From: a virus
Direction: 5' to 3' (one strand)
Virus record (IMG/VR): IMGVR_UViG_3300010383_000008
Location: 1-64,000 of that record
Length of the DNA: 64,000 bases
Shown here: in pieces, positions 15,382-25,475 of the stretch
Layout: every line of letters begins with the position of its first letter
Numbering within the stretch: the stretch's first letter is position 1
Position numbers and translations under genes: made by a program
The notes under the pieces: generated by a model
Told to the model about the DNA's origin: nothing
Seen by the model: the letters and a program-made list of their open reading frames with translations, nothing else
Database searches by the model: none

Positions 15382-15825
15382 ATGAACACCCTGACCCCCG
15401 AAGAGCAGAAGCTCGTCTACAACATCGAAGTGCTGGGCATGCCGGCCAACCGGGCGGCTGATCTGTGCGGCATGACCACCACCTACATGAACGCGCTGAC
15501 CAAGCCGGAGGTCATGGAGGCGCGCGCCAAGCTCAAGGGCCACCTGCGCGCGTCGACCTCGATCACCCGCGAGGACGTGATCGCCGGCTACAAAGAGGCG
15601 ATCGACATGGCGCGGATGATGAACGAGGCCATGCCGATGATCGCTGGCTGGACTGCGATCAGCAAAATCCTCGGCTTCGACAAGCCCCAAGAGGTCAAGA
15701 TCGTCATCGAGAGCAACGTCCGCGAGATGCGCAAGCAGATTCGCGCGCTCCCCGAATCCGAACTGCTGCGCCTGGCCGATGAGAGCAACATCATCGACGG
15801 CGACTTCTACCCGATCGAGAAATGA
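15382..15825 (+). CDS. terS: terminase small subunit
   Basis: 147 aa immediately upstream of, and ATGA-coupled to, terL. HTH-like VLGMPANRAADLCGMTTTYM. Confidence 0.7.
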   Translation: MNTLTPEEQKLVYNIEVLGMPANRAADLCGMTTTYMNALTKPEVMEARAKLKGHLRASTSITREDVIAGYKEAIDMARMMNEAMPMIAGWTAISKILGFDKPQEVKIVIESNVREMRKQIRALPESELLRLADESNIIDGDFYPIEK

Positions 15826-17648
15826 CCTTCCCGGTCCTCAAGCCGCTGATCCACTGTGCCGCCTGCAAGAATGCGCAGGCGCTGGGGGAGTTTCGCATCC
15901 TGACGGCCGAGCCGTTGGTCTACGTGGACTTCTGTAAGTCCTGCGAGAGCCGGCGCGGCACCTTGTCGCTCTACCGCGACCGCGACCTTGCGGGCGCGAC
16001 GACCAAGGACGCGCGCAACATCGTGCTCTCGGGCACCGACGCGGCCAGTACCGAGCTGGAGCAGGAGGCGGTCAACTACCGCGAAGAGCAGAAGCGCGAG
16101 TTCGCCCGCCGCGAGCTCTCGCGCAAGTACCTCTTGTTCTACACCAAGCAGTTCAACCCCAACTATGAGGCCGGCTGGGTCCACAAGGACATCGCCCGCC
16201 GGTTGGAGAAGTTCGTCAAGGATGTGGAGGACAAGAAGTCCCCCCGTCTGATGATTTTCATGCCGCCGCGCCACGGCAAGTCGACGCTGGCCAGTCAGGA
16301 GTTCCCTGGCTGGACGCTCGGCCACCACCCGGACTGGGAAATCATCTCCGCCTCGTACGCCATCAGCCTGCCGGTGGGCTTCTCGCGCATCATCAAGGAC
16401 CGGCTGGACAGCGAGGAATACCAGGCGATCTTCCCCGGCACCCAGCTGCGCGACGACGCGCGCGGCGTGGAAGAGTGGCTGACGACCAAGCGTGGGCGCT
16501 ACCGCGCGGTCGGTGTGGAGGGCGGTATTACCGGTACCGGCGCCCATGTCCTGATCATCGATGACCCGATCAAGGACTATCAGGAGGCACAGTCGGAGAC
16601 CATCCGCGAGTCGGCCTACAACTGGTACACCTCCACCGCGCGTACCCGTCTGTCGCCCGGCGGCGGCGTGCTGATCATTCAGACCCGTTGGCACGACGCG
16701 GACCTGTCCGGCCGCCTGCTGACCGACCGGCAGACCCTGCTCGAAGCCGGCGTCCCCCGCGAGGAACTGGACGACTGGGAAGTCATTTCCTACCCGGCCA
16801 TCGCCGAATACGATGAGTGGCTGTTCCCCGACCGCACGATCCAGGCCGCCCCGGAAGAGGTCCCGGAAGGGGCGCTGCTGCTGCGCCCCAAGGGCGAGGC
16901 GCTGCATCCGGCGCGATATTCAGCCCAGGAACTGCGCCGAATCTGCAATTCGATGCCCTCGGTGCAGTGGAACGCGCTGTTCCAGCAGAACCCGGTACCC
17001 GAAACCGGCGAGTATTTCACCAAGGACATGTTCCGCACGTACGGCCAGTTGCCCGACGCGCCCGAGAATTTCGCCTATTTCATGGCCTGGGACTTGGCGA
17101 TCGGCGAAAAGAGCTCGAATGACTGGTCGGTCGGCACGGTGTGCGCCTACCATTTCACCGGCGCGATCTACGTCGTGGATATGTTCCGCGCCCGCACCAA
17201 CGCCCCGGGCATTATCACCGCGGCCTTGCAGATGGCCCAGAAGTGGCCCTATCTCCAGGTACTGGGCATGGAATACGGGCAGATTTACAAGACCATGGCG
17301 CCGCTGCTGAAAGACGCGATGAAGGCCGCCAAGGTGCATTTCTCCCTGTCCGAGGACCTGAAACCGGTCACGGACAAGCTGCTGCGCGCCCGCCCGCTCC
17401 AGCAAAAAATGCAGATGGGGCTTGTCCATTTCCCCACCAACCAGCCCTGGGTGAGCCTAATCGAGCGCGAAATGCTGCGCTTTCCCAACGGCACGCACGA
17501 TGATATTGTAGACTCGCTGGCGTGGCTCATCCGCATGTCGATGACCATTTCGCCCCCGCGGCCCTACAAAGCGACCAAGAAACGGCAGTTGAAGAGCTGG
17601 AAGGACGATTTGGTTTCCACCTCCGGTGGCTCCTTTATGACGGCATGA
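15822..17648 (+). CDS. terL: terminase large subunit
   Basis: Walker A MPPRHGKST, Walker B HVLIIDDP, and a C-terminal nuclease-like ..THDDIVDSLAW. Confidence 0.9.
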   Translation: MTFPVLKPLIHCAACKNAQALGEFRILTAEPLVYVDFCKSCESRRGTLSLYRDRDLAGATTKDARNIVLSGTDAASTELEQEAVNYREEQKREFARRELSRKYLLFYTKQFNPNYEAGWVHKDIARRLEKFVKDVEDKKSPRLMIFMPPRHGKSTLASQEFPGWTLGHHPDWEIISASYAISLPVGFSRIIKDRLDSEEYQAIFPGTQLRDDARGVEEWLTTKRGRYRAVGVEGGITGTGAHVLIIDDPIKDYQEAQSETIRESAYNWYTSTARTRLSPGGGVLIIQTRWHDADLSGRLLTDRQTLLEAGVPREELDDWEVISYPAIAEYDEWLFPDRTIQAAPEEVPEGALLLRPKGEALHPARYSAQELRRICNSMPSVQWNALFQQNPVPETGEYFTKDMFRTYGQLPDAPENFAYFMAWDLAIGEKSSNDWSVGTVCAYHFTGAIYVVDMFRARTNAPGIITAALQMAQKWPYLQVLGMEYGQIYKTMAPLLKDAMKAAKVHFSLSEDLKPVTDKLLRARPLQQKMQMGLVHFPTNQPWVSLIEREMLRFPNGTHDDIVDSLAWLIRMSMTISPPRPYKATKKRQLKSWKDDLVSTSGGSFMTA

Positions 17649-17652
17649 AGCG

Positions 17653-19767
17653 ATGAGCGACGACGAAAAAGCCCGCGACAATTACGAGAGCTATCGCTTC
17701 TGCCGGGTCAACGGGCACGAAGATTTTCTGCGCCGTGCGGAAGTCGGTTTTGACTTTTACGCCGGCCGGCAATGGACACCGGAAGAGATTCGCGAAATGC
17801 GCGAATCGAACCGCCCCTACCTGACCATCAACCAGATGTTCCGCACCCTCGATTCGATCGTGGGTGAAATGCTCTATTCCACCGGTGACGTGCGGTTCAC
17901 GCCCAAGTCGGTGGACGCGCAGGACGGCGCGGCTGAGGGGCTGGAGAAAATCTGGCTCGATGCCAACCAGCGTTCCAAGACGCAGTACTTCGAGCCGCAG
18001 CTGCTGCTGGACGGCCTGCTGACCGGTCGCGGGTACTACGACATCCGGATGGACTTCGACGACAACCTGATGGGGTGGTTGAAGGTCACGCGTAAGCGCC
18101 CGCAGAACATCGTCCTGCACCCCTACCTCAACTCCCGCGACCCGGACGACTGGCCGGAGGTCTTCGAGACCCGCTACGCCAGCCTGGACGAAATCAGCCT
18201 GATGTATGGGCAGGCCGCCGCCGACGAGCTCAAGAACTCCGGCCAGTGTGACTTCCTGTCGCCGGAAGACCGCTACGAAGAGCGCCTGCTCTCGACCCGT
18301 GTCAACTCCAGTGGGTTCGGCAACTTCGATCCGCAGCAGCTTGGCACGCAGACCTACCTGCGCACCCGCCGCCTGATCGAACGGCAGTACCGCGCGGTCA
18401 AGTACAAGGAGTTCTTCATCGATCCGCCCACCGGCGAGATGACTGAAGTGCCCGAGAACTGGGACCGCAACCGGATCGCGCGCATGCGCGAGGTATCCGG
18501 CTGCGAGGTGATCCGCCGCCGTGCCAGCACGGTCCGCTGGCGCGTGACCTGCGACCGCTATGTGCTGCACGACGAGGACAGCCCGTACAAGCACTTCACC
18601 ATCGTGCCGTTCTTCCCGTGGTTCGTCGACGGGCACACCATGTCGCTGGGCGAGAACCTGGTCGACATGTCGCGCATGACGAACAAGCTGTACTCGCAAT
18701 ACCTGCACATCCTGAACTCGGCTGCCAACAGCGGCTGGAAGGTCAAGGCCGGTTCGCTGAAGAATATGAACGAGGCCGACTTGGAGACCAAGGGCGCCAA
18801 GACGGGCCTGGTCGCGGTGCTGGACGACATTGCCGATCTGGACCGCATCCAGCCCGGCCAGCTGCCCAGCGGCCATGACACGCTGGCAGCAACCGTGCGT
18901 ACGATGTTCGACGACATCTCCGGCTACACCAACACCATGAAAGGCGCCGACCGCGCAGACGCGGCCGGCAAGGCGATCGACGCCAAGATTTCACGTGGCG
19001 CGGTCAACCTCGCCACCGCCTACAACGCGATCTACCACGCCAAGACCATGCTGGCTGAGCGGGCGTGCAACCTCGCCCAGAACTACTACACCGAGACGCG
19101 GTTCCTGCGCCTGTCCGGCGGGTACGCCGCGCCCGACTCGGCCACCACGATCAACCAACCCACTCCCGAGGGCGCGTTCCTCAACGACATCACGGTCGGC
19201 ACCTTCGACGTCACGGTCATTCCGGCGCCGCAGCGCGAGACGGTCGAGCAGAACACCTTCCAGCAGCTCATGGAGATGCGCAAGGAGCTGGGCGTGGCCA
19301 TCCCCGACGCAGTCCTGCTCGAATACAGCGCCGTGCCGAACAAGAAGCGCGTCATCGAGGAAATCCAGAACGCCGGCGGCACGCCCGAACAGCAGGCCAA
19401 GCAGGCGCAGATCGCCGAGCAGCTCCAGCAGTCCGAGCTGGAGGTCAACCGGGCTTCCGCCGAAAACTCGCGCGCACAGGCGCAACTGGCCATGTCTCGC
19501 GCCGGCAAGGCGCAGGTCGAGGCCCAGCGCGATCCGAACGAGACCCGCGCGGCGCTCGACGCTGCCCGGTTGCAGGCGGAACAGGAGCGCGATGCGCGCT
19601 CGCACGAGCTGGAAAAACGCGGTCAGGATATCGACGCCGCCGCGAAGCTTACTGACATGGAATTGACGCACCAGCGTGAGTTGAAGAAAATCAGCGAAAG
19701 TGCAAAACAGAAGGCGGCCAATGCAGCTGCCCCCAAGTCCAAGCAGCCACCCAAAACGAGGAAATAA
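17653..19767 (+). CDS. portal protein
   Basis: 704 aa directly after terL, with a C-terminal charged coiled-coil tail. Call rests on position and size. Confidence 0.8.
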   Translation: MSDDEKARDNYESYRFCRVNGHEDFLRRAEVGFDFYAGRQWTPEEIREMRESNRPYLTINQMFRTLDSIVGEMLYSTGDVRFTPKSVDAQDGAAEGLEKIWLDANQRSKTQYFEPQLLLDGLLTGRGYYDIRMDFDDNLMGWLKVTRKRPQNIVLHPYLNSRDPDDWPEVFETRYASLDEISLMYGQAAADELKNSGQCDFLSPEDRYEERLLSTRVNSSGFGNFDPQQLGTQTYLRTRRLIERQYRAVKYKEFFIDPPTGEMTEVPENWDRNRIARMREVSGCEVIRRRASTVRWRVTCDRYVLHDEDSPYKHFTIVPFFPWFVDGHTMSLGENLVDMSRMTNKLYSQYLHILNSAANSGWKVKAGSLKNMNEADLETKGAKTGLVAVLDDIADLDRIQPGQLPSGHDTLAATVRTMFDDISGYTNTMKGADRADAAGKAIDAKISRGAVNLATAYNAIYHAKTMLAERACNLAQNYYTETRFLRLSGGYAAPDSATTINQPTPEGAFLNDITVGTFDVTVIPAPQRETVEQNTFQQLMEMRKELGVAIPDAVLLEYSAVPNKKRVIEEIQNAGGTPEQQAKQAQIAEQLQQSELEVNRASAENSRAQAQLAMSRAGKAQVEAQRDPNETRAALDAARLQAEQERDARSHELEKRGQDIDAAAKLTDMELTHQRELKKISESAKQKAANAAAPKSKQPPKTRK

Positions 19768-19770
19768 CCC

Positions 19771-20811
19771 ATGGCGGGTAAGACCGACGACGCCGCGAAA
19801 GGCGCAGCCGTCATCGACCTGAACAAGGTCGAGAAGCAATCGCTCCCCGATAATCTCGACGGCCTCGATTTCGGGGACGAGGAAATCGAGGACGAAAACG
19901 AGGTTGTCGACGACGACGAGGTCGGCAAGACCAAGGCTGACGACGAGGTCGGCGGCAAAAAGACCGAGAAAAAGGCCGAGAAAAAGGCCGAGAAAAAGTC
20001 CGAAAAGGACGCGGAGTCCGAAGAGGCGGAGGAAGAAGAGTCCGAAGAGGACGACGCCGAAGAGGACGACGATACCAAGGACAAAAAGGCCGAAAAGACC
20101 GAGCCGAAAATGGTCCCGCAGGCGCGCCTGATGCGCGTCAAGGGCCAGCGCGACCAGCTCCAGGCGCAGCTTGAGGCCGCGCAAGACAAGCTCAAGCAGC
20201 TGACCGACACCGCGACCAACTCCAAGAAGGCCGAGGACTTCGAGAAGCAGCTCAACGACCTGTATATCGAGCTGGAAACCGCCCGCGCGGCCGGTAACGT
20301 GCAGGAATCGGCCAAGCTGGCGCGCAAGCTGGACGCCATGAAGGACGACGCGAGCAAGCGCCAGTCCGCAATCATCGCCCAGGTCGAGACGCGCCGGCAG
20401 CTCGAAGCGCGGATGTACGACAATGCGGTCACTCAGCTGGAATTGCTGGTACCGGCGATCAACCCCGAACACGACGATTTCGACGACGAGCTGGTGGCCG
20501 ATCTGGACGCGGCCACACGCGGATTCGAGGCGCAGGGCATGGCCCCGGCCGACGCCCTGAAGCGCGCAGCGAAACGCCTGTTCGGCAAGAACGTCTTCGA
20601 CGACCCGAAAATCCGCCGCGAAAAGCAGCCCGAGCCGAAAAAGACGGACATCAAGAAAAACGCCGAGGCCGTGAAAAAGACGCCGCCTTCGGCAGTCAAG
20701 GAAGAACGCACGGAAAAGACCCAGGAGATCAAGGTATCGACGCTGTCCCGCGACGAGTTCGCAAAGCTGCCCGAAGCTGCGCAGCGCCGTTTGCTGGGTG
20801 ACGACGTGTAG
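19771..20811 (+). CDS. scaffolding protein
   Basis: Highly charged, EKKAEKK repeats and predicted coiled coils. Lies between the portal and capsid genes. Confidence 0.7.
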   Translation: MAGKTDDAAKGAAVIDLNKVEKQSLPDNLDGLDFGDEEIEDENEVVDDDEVGKTKADDEVGGKKTEKKAEKKAEKKSEKDAESEEAEEEESEEDDAEEDDDTKDKKAEKTEPKMVPQARLMRVKGQRDQLQAQLEAAQDKLKQLTDTATNSKKAEDFEKQLNDLYIELETARAAGNVQESAKLARKLDAMKDDASKRQSAIIAQVETRRQLEARMYDNAVTQLELLVPAINPEHDDFDDELVADLDAATRGFEAQGMAPADALKRAAKRLFGKNVFDDPKIRREKQPEPKKTDIKKNAEAVKKTPPSAVKEERTEKTQEIKVSTLSRDEFAKLPEAAQRRLLGDDV

Positions 20812-20839
20812 TTGACGTGAAAAATAGTTGACGTATTAT
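20812..20839 (+). promoter_or_regulatory. near-consensus sigma70-type promoter upstream of the capsid gene
   Basis: -35 TTGACG (20812-20817), 16-nt spacer, -10 TATTAT (20834-20839). Confidence 0.6.
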
Positions 20840-20842
20840 GGA

Positions 20843-20866
20843 GGCGCGGTTATACATAACCGCGCC
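20843..20866 (+). promoter_or_regulatory. 10-11 bp perfect stem-loop overlapping the predicted transcription start
   Basis: GGCGCGGTTAT aca/ATAACCGCGCC followed by TTCGTCTTAT. Could terminate read-through from the scaffold gene or stabilise the capsid mRNA 5' end. Confidence 0.5.
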
Positions 20867-21055
20867 TTCGTCTTATCCGGGACATTAAAACGGATCGCCC
20901 CGCGCCGCGTTAGTGCCGATTCGTCTTCCGCCAGACGCTTAAACAGGCGGCGCGCCCGAGCCGCGTCAGCGCCGATTCCGCTTTTGCCTTCGTGCGGTAA
21001 ACGAGGGAATCCCAAGCGTTCTGTCCCCCTTTTTTCTGGACCGAGGAATCGGCAA

Positions 21056-22180
21056 ATGGCAACGACCAATTTCGCACGCCTGACTGATGAGCAGAAGACC
21101 GCCTGGTCGCTCAAGTTCTGGCACAACTACCGCAACAAGCAGTTCCTGAGCAACTTCTCCGGCACCTCTCCGGACTCGATGGTGCAGCGCATCGAAGAGC
21201 TGAAGATGTCCGAGAAGGGCGCTCGCGCCGTGATCACCCTCGTGCCCGATCTGGAAGGCGACGGTGTCGTGGGCGACAGCCAGCTGGAAGGCAACGAGGA
21301 AGAGCTCAAGTCCGCCGACCAGGTCATCCGCATCGACCAGCTGCGCAACGCGACCCGTCTGGAAGGCCGCATGGCTGACCAGAAGTCGGTCGTGAACTTC
21401 CGCAACAGCTCGATGGACACCCTGGCCTACTGGCTGGCCGACCGTACCGACCAGATGGCGTTCCTGACGCTGTCGGGCGTCTCGTACGCGTTCAAGACCA
21501 ACGGCGCCTCGCGTGTGGGTTCGCAGCTGCCCAGCCTGGAGTTCGCCGCGGACATCACCGCACCGACCTCCGGCCGCCACTTCCGCTGGAACGGCACCAC
21601 CAAGGCGCTCGCCGCCGCTGACACCTCCGCGGTGGCTGCGACCGACACGCCGAGCTGGGCCATGCTGGTGGACATGAAGGCCAAGGCCATCGACAGCATG
21701 CTCCGCCCGATCCGCTCCGAGAACGGCATCGAGGTCTTCAACGTCTTCATGACCGGCCAGGGTCTGGCCCGCCTGAAGAAGGACCCCGACTTCCTCGAAG
21801 TGTGGAAGCACGCGCAGCAGCGCGGCGATTCCAACCCGCTGTTCAAGGGCACGCCGATCGCCGGTACCAACGGCATCTACATCGACGGCCTGAACATCAT
21901 GGAATACCGCCATGTGTTCAACACCACCGGCGCCGCCAGCGGCTCCAAGTGGGGCTCGGGCAGCAACGTGGATGGCCAGCGCATCCTGCTGTGCGGCGCC
22001 CAGGCGCTCGGTTTCGCCGACGTGATGGGTCCGAAGTGGGTCGAGAAGGACTTCGACTATGACGCCAGCCCGGGTATCTCGGTGGCGAAGATCGTCGGCT
22101 TCAAGAAGCCGGTCTTCCCCTCGGCCCTGACCGGCGTGAACGAGGACTTCGGCGTGATGTGCGTGGATACCGCGATCTAA
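21056..22180 (+). CDS. major capsid protein
   Basis: Start moved to ATG 21056 (MATTNFARLTDEQK) after AGGAA. 374 aa, located after the scaffold gene, flanked by a strong promoter and a strong terminator. Confidence 0.75.
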   Translation: MATTNFARLTDEQKTAWSLKFWHNYRNKQFLSNFSGTSPDSMVQRIEELKMSEKGARAVITLVPDLEGDGVVGDSQLEGNEEELKSADQVIRIDQLRNATRLEGRMADQKSVVNFRNSSMDTLAYWLADRTDQMAFLTLSGVSYAFKTNGASRVGSQLPSLEFAADITAPTSGRHFRWNGTTKALAAADTSAVAATDTPSWAMLVDMKAKAIDSMLRPIRSENGIEVFNVFMTGQGLARLKKDPDFLEVWKHAQQRGDSNPLFKGTPIAGTNGIYIDGLNIMEYRHVFNTTGAASGSKWGSGSNVDGQRILLCGAQALGFADVMGPKWVEKDFDYDASPGISVAKIVGFKKPVFPSALTGVNEDFGVMCVDTAI

Positions 22181-22207
22181 CGGTCGCCACGAAACGAGGA
22201 TATCGAC

Positions 22208-22582
22208 ATGACTGACAACATCTTCCGTGGCCGCCAGTACCCGCTGGTTGCCGCCATCGACTTCACCGCGGCGGACAACGCCGCGGATGGCGTGGTCATC
22301 AAGCTGCCTCCGGGCGCCTTGCTGATCGGTGGCGCAGCCCTGGTCTCCACGGTCTTCAACGGCACCACCCCGGCGCTCACCGCCAAGGACAGCGCGAACA
22401 ACTCGCTGTTCGGCAGCGTGGACGCGACTGCCGCGGCTGAGACCGCGCTGGTCGCGGGGCGTTACTACCCGCTCGGCACGTCCATCACCGTGGCCGTATC
22501 CGGCGGTGCCACCACCGGCGAAGCCTTCGTCAACGTGTCCTACGCTATCGTGGACCGTACCAACGAAGTGTACTCGCCGTAA
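22208..22582 (+). CDS. hypothetical head protein (possible decoration protein), 124 aa
   Basis: Directly after the capsid gene and before the terminator; AGGA RBS. Confidence 0.5.
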   Translation: MTDNIFRGRQYPLVAAIDFTAADNAADGVVIKLPPGALLIGGAALVSTVFNGTTPALTAKDSANNSLFGSVDATAAAETALVAGRYYPLGTSITVAVSGGATTGEAFVNVSYAIVDRTNEVYSP

Positions 22583-22612
22583 AAAAGCGTTCTGGCGTGG
22601 CTGCTAGGGCTT

Positions 22613-22637
22613 GGGGGTGGTTCCCACCCCCTTTTTT
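22613..22637 (+). terminator. rho-independent terminator after the capsid operon
   Basis: GGGGGTGG ttc CCACCCCC followed by TTTTTT. Nested inside a second inverted repeat, CTGCTAGGGC (22601-22610) and GCCCTAGCAG (22643-22652). Confidence 0.85.
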
Positions 22638-22698
22638 CCCCGGCCCTAGCAGTCCGACCAGGGCCGTCAAATAGCAGCCACAACCCGAGGAACCACAC

Positions 22699-23259
22699 AT
22701 GCCCGTTTCGATGGTAGCGCCGCGCAACTACACGTTGCGCACCAAGACCGGCCACGTCATCAAGTTCACCGCCGGCCAGCCGACGCTGGTCCCGGACCTT
22801 GTCGTGTCCGAAGCCCTGGCAGTCAACATCCTGCCGGTGGAGAACAGCGATGTCTCCATCCCCGACGACAGCGCGCGCGGCGTCCAGCGCGTGGTGATCA
22901 ACGGCACGCTGCGCACCGCCCTGATCCTGCACACCATCCACGACATGGTGCGCGAGAACGACGCCGAGAACTTCGACGGCGGCGGTCGCCCGAAGGTGCA
23001 CGTCATGTCCGGTCGCTGCGGCCTGGACGTGAACGCCCGCGAGCGTTCGGAGCTGTGGGACAAGTACCGCGAGCTGATCGCCAACGGCGAAGACCTGCCC
23101 ACGCACAAGGCCATGGACACCGTTCTGGCGGTGCAGGCGCTGACCAAGCCGGGCGACATGAAGGAATACGCCCAGCTGCTGGACGTGCCCGAAGGCCGCC
23201 TGCTCGGTCTCTCGCTGCGCGAGCAGAAGCAGGTCCTGCTGGCCCAGGCCATCAAGTAA
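22699..23259 (+). CDS. hypothetical virion protein, 186 aa
   Basis: GAGGA RBS; intact ORF in the structural module. Confidence 0.6.
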   Translation: MPVSMVAPRNYTLRTKTGHVIKFTAGQPTLVPDLVVSEALAVNILPVENSDVSIPDDSARGVQRVVINGTLRTALILHTIHDMVRENDAENFDGGGRPKVHVMSGRCGLDVNARERSELWDKYRELIANGEDLPTHKAMDTVLAVQALTKPGDMKEYAQLLDVPEGRLLGLSLREQKQVLLAQAIK

Positions 23260-23268
23260 AGGTGCGAC

Positions 23269-23964
23269 ATGCAGATGTCCACGGATGAGGTGATCACGCA
23301 GTTCCGCAGCGACGTGGATGACCCGTTGCGCGGCCCGGCAGCCACCCCCGACGCGGACTCCCTGTGGAAGGTCGTCGACACCCAGTACTACCTCAACGCC
23401 GCAGCCAGCAAGGTCGCTCGCAAGACCTTCGCCCTGCGGCGTACCTTTGATCTGCCGGTCACCGCCAACGACCCCTTCATCAAGCTGCCGGTGAACGCGC
23501 CGGTGCTGCACGTCTACCGTGCGTACCTCAACACGGCTCGTCGCGTGCTCGACGAGCGTAATCTCGACGAGCCGATGGTCCGGCTGGACTACGGCCAGCT
23601 CTCTCGCGGCGATGACTCGTGGGCCACGGCTACTGGCACCCCGGTCGCTTACAACCGCGAGTACAAGGCGGGATACCTGCGGCTGCTGCCGACCCCTACC
23701 GCAGCCGACACGCTGACGCTCACTGCGGCGTACGACGCCCCGCGGCTGGTCGACGGCATGCCGATGCCGTTTATCACCTACGAGGACATTGACCTCGTAC
23801 TGCTGTGGATGAAGTACCTGGCGTACTCGAAGAAAGACGTCGACACTTTCGACCCGCAGCGGGCCGCCACGAACGAGCGCGATTTCAACGAACGCGCCCG
23901 CGAGCGTCGCTACGAGGTGGAGCGCGAGTACCGGTCGCCCGGCGCTGTGCGCTTCAGCTGGTAA
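23269..23964 (+). CDS. putative head-tail adaptor/connector protein, 231 aa
   Basis: Called from position after the capsid genes and from size. No motif recognised with certainty. Confidence 0.45.
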   Translation: MQMSTDEVITQFRSDVDDPLRGPAATPDADSLWKVVDTQYYLNAAASKVARKTFALRRTFDLPVTANDPFIKLPVNAPVLHVYRAYLNTARRVLDERNLDEPMVRLDYGQLSRGDDSWATATGTPVAYNREYKAGYLRLLPTPTAADTLTLTAAYDAPRLVDGMPMPFITYEDIDLVLLWMKYLAYSKKDVDTFDPQRAATNERDFNERARERRYEVEREYRSPGAVRFSW

Positions 23965-23966
23965 CC

Positions 23967-25250
23967 ATGTCGTACCTCACCGACCGCAATCTGACCAAGT
24001 TCCTCGGCTGGCCGGGGGGCTTGGACAACGTCAGTTCGGAGACTTCGCTCCGTCCGGATCGCTTGCGCGTGGCGCAAAACGTCGATCTGGACGACGCCGG
24101 CAAGCCTTCGCGTCGTCACGGGTACACCAAGCGCGCCAGCGGCGCCGGCTGCCACTCCCTCTGGAGCGGCGCGCTGGGGCTGTACGGTGTGATCGACGGC
24201 GCACTGGTAGCGATCGACGAGCAGTTCCAGACCGAAGAGCTGCTGGCCGGTGTTGGTCTGGCCCCGCTTTCGTACGCCGACGCGGCCGGCGTCGTGTACT
24301 GGTCGTCGTCCGTGCGCAACGGCGTACTTCTGCCCGACGGCACGGCGCTACCGTTCGGCGTGGACGCACCTTCGCCGCCGCAGGTCACTACCACAACCGA
24401 CGGCGGGCTGGCCGCTGGCACCTACCTGGTCGCCGTCACCTGCGTGGATTCGCGCGGTATCGAGTCCGGCGCCGGGGTGTCCGCCGCATCCGACGTGGCT
24501 GTCGGCGGCGCACTCCAGATCAGCGTCGAGCAGATGCCCGACGATGCGCAGACGGTGCGGCTGTACGTGTCGCAGCCCAACGGCGACACCTGCTATTTCG
24601 CCGCCGAGTACCCCGCGACGCTGCGCCAGTACCGCATCGGGCTCGGTGTGCGCGGCAAGGCGCTGGAGACGCAGTTCCTGTTTGCGATGCCGCCGGCGCA
24701 GTTCCTCACGGTCTACAACGGCCGTATGTGGGGCGCCGCCGGTAGTACGCTGTGGTTCTCCGAGCCGTACCGCTACGGCCATGTTGCGCCGCACAACTTC
24801 CTGCGCTTCCCGGCGCGCATCGACATGGTGATCGCCGTGGGCACGGCGACGCAGTCGGTGCTATTCGTAGCCGCAGGCGACGTCACGTACCGTCTGACCG
24901 GCGCGGACCCCAAAAAAATGGAACGGCTGGTCGCACATAAGCGCGGCGCAGTGCCTTATAGCGCCATGATCGCGCCGGGGAACATTTTCAATATCGACGG
25001 CGTGAACGAAGACGTAGCCTTTTGGACGACGTCGCATGGTGTACAATGCCTGGGAACCGGCGCGGGACAAGTCATCCCGCTGACGGAGAAACGTGCGCTC
25101 ACAAGCGCGGACGCTGTTTCCGGCAGCGCGATGCTCGTCGAGCGCGATGGCGTGCAGCAAATGCTCACGACGCTGCGCGGAGGTAATGCAAGTGTCCTTT
25201 TTGCCAGTGATTCAGCGGTGGCGGAAGTTATCAAGCTCAGCCAACCTTAA
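23967..25250 (+). CDS. virion structural protein, 427 aa
   Basis: Start moved to ATG 23967 (MSYLTDRNL), 3 nt after the upstream stop. Confidence 0.6.
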   Translation: MSYLTDRNLTKFLGWPGGLDNVSSETSLRPDRLRVAQNVDLDDAGKPSRRHGYTKRASGAGCHSLWSGALGLYGVIDGALVAIDEQFQTEELLAGVGLAPLSYADAAGVVYWSSSVRNGVLLPDGTALPFGVDAPSPPQVTTTTDGGLAAGTYLVAVTCVDSRGIESGAGVSAASDVAVGGALQISVEQMPDDAQTVRLYVSQPNGDTCYFAAEYPATLRQYRIGLGVRGKALETQFLFAMPPAQFLTVYNGRMWGAAGSTLWFSEPYRYGHVAPHNFLRFPARIDMVIAVGTATQSVLFVAAGDVTYRLTGADPKKMERLVAHKRGAVPYSAMIAPGNIFNIDGVNEDVAFWTTSHGVQCLGTGAGQVIPLTEKRALTSADAVSGSAMLVERDGVQQMLTTLRGGNASVLFASDSAVAEVIKLSQP

Positions 25251-25278
25251 ACTGGCGCGCTGGGCGTTTCAGCTGCAC

Positions 25279-25470
25279 ATGTATTTCCGGAATAAAGCTG
25301 TCGCGGCGCATAACCAGCGCGCGCAGTCAACCGGGCTAGAACGCATTCGGATGAACGTCTGTCAGAAGTGCCCGGCGTTTACCAAGATGAAAACCTGCAA
25401 GGAATGCGGTTGTTTTATGCCGGCGAAGGTCCGGCTTGAAAACGCGAAGTGTCCACTCGGCAAATGGTGA
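25279..25470 (+). CDS. small Cys-rich (zinc-ribbon-like) protein, 63 aa
   Basis: CQKCPAFTKMKTCKECGCFMPAKVRLENAKCP. Sits in a locally lower-GC stretch; the start is uncertain. Confidence 0.45.
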   Translation: MYFRNKAVAAHNQRAQSTGLERIRMNVCQKCPAFTKMKTCKECGCFMPAKVRLENAKCPLGKW

Positions 25471-25475
25471 AATAA

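Noticed and set aside
19960-20060. The repetitive GAGAAAAAGGCC DNA in the scaffold gene could be a distinct repeat element.
   Set aside because: It simply encodes the EKKAEKK charged low-complexity segment typical of scaffolding proteins.
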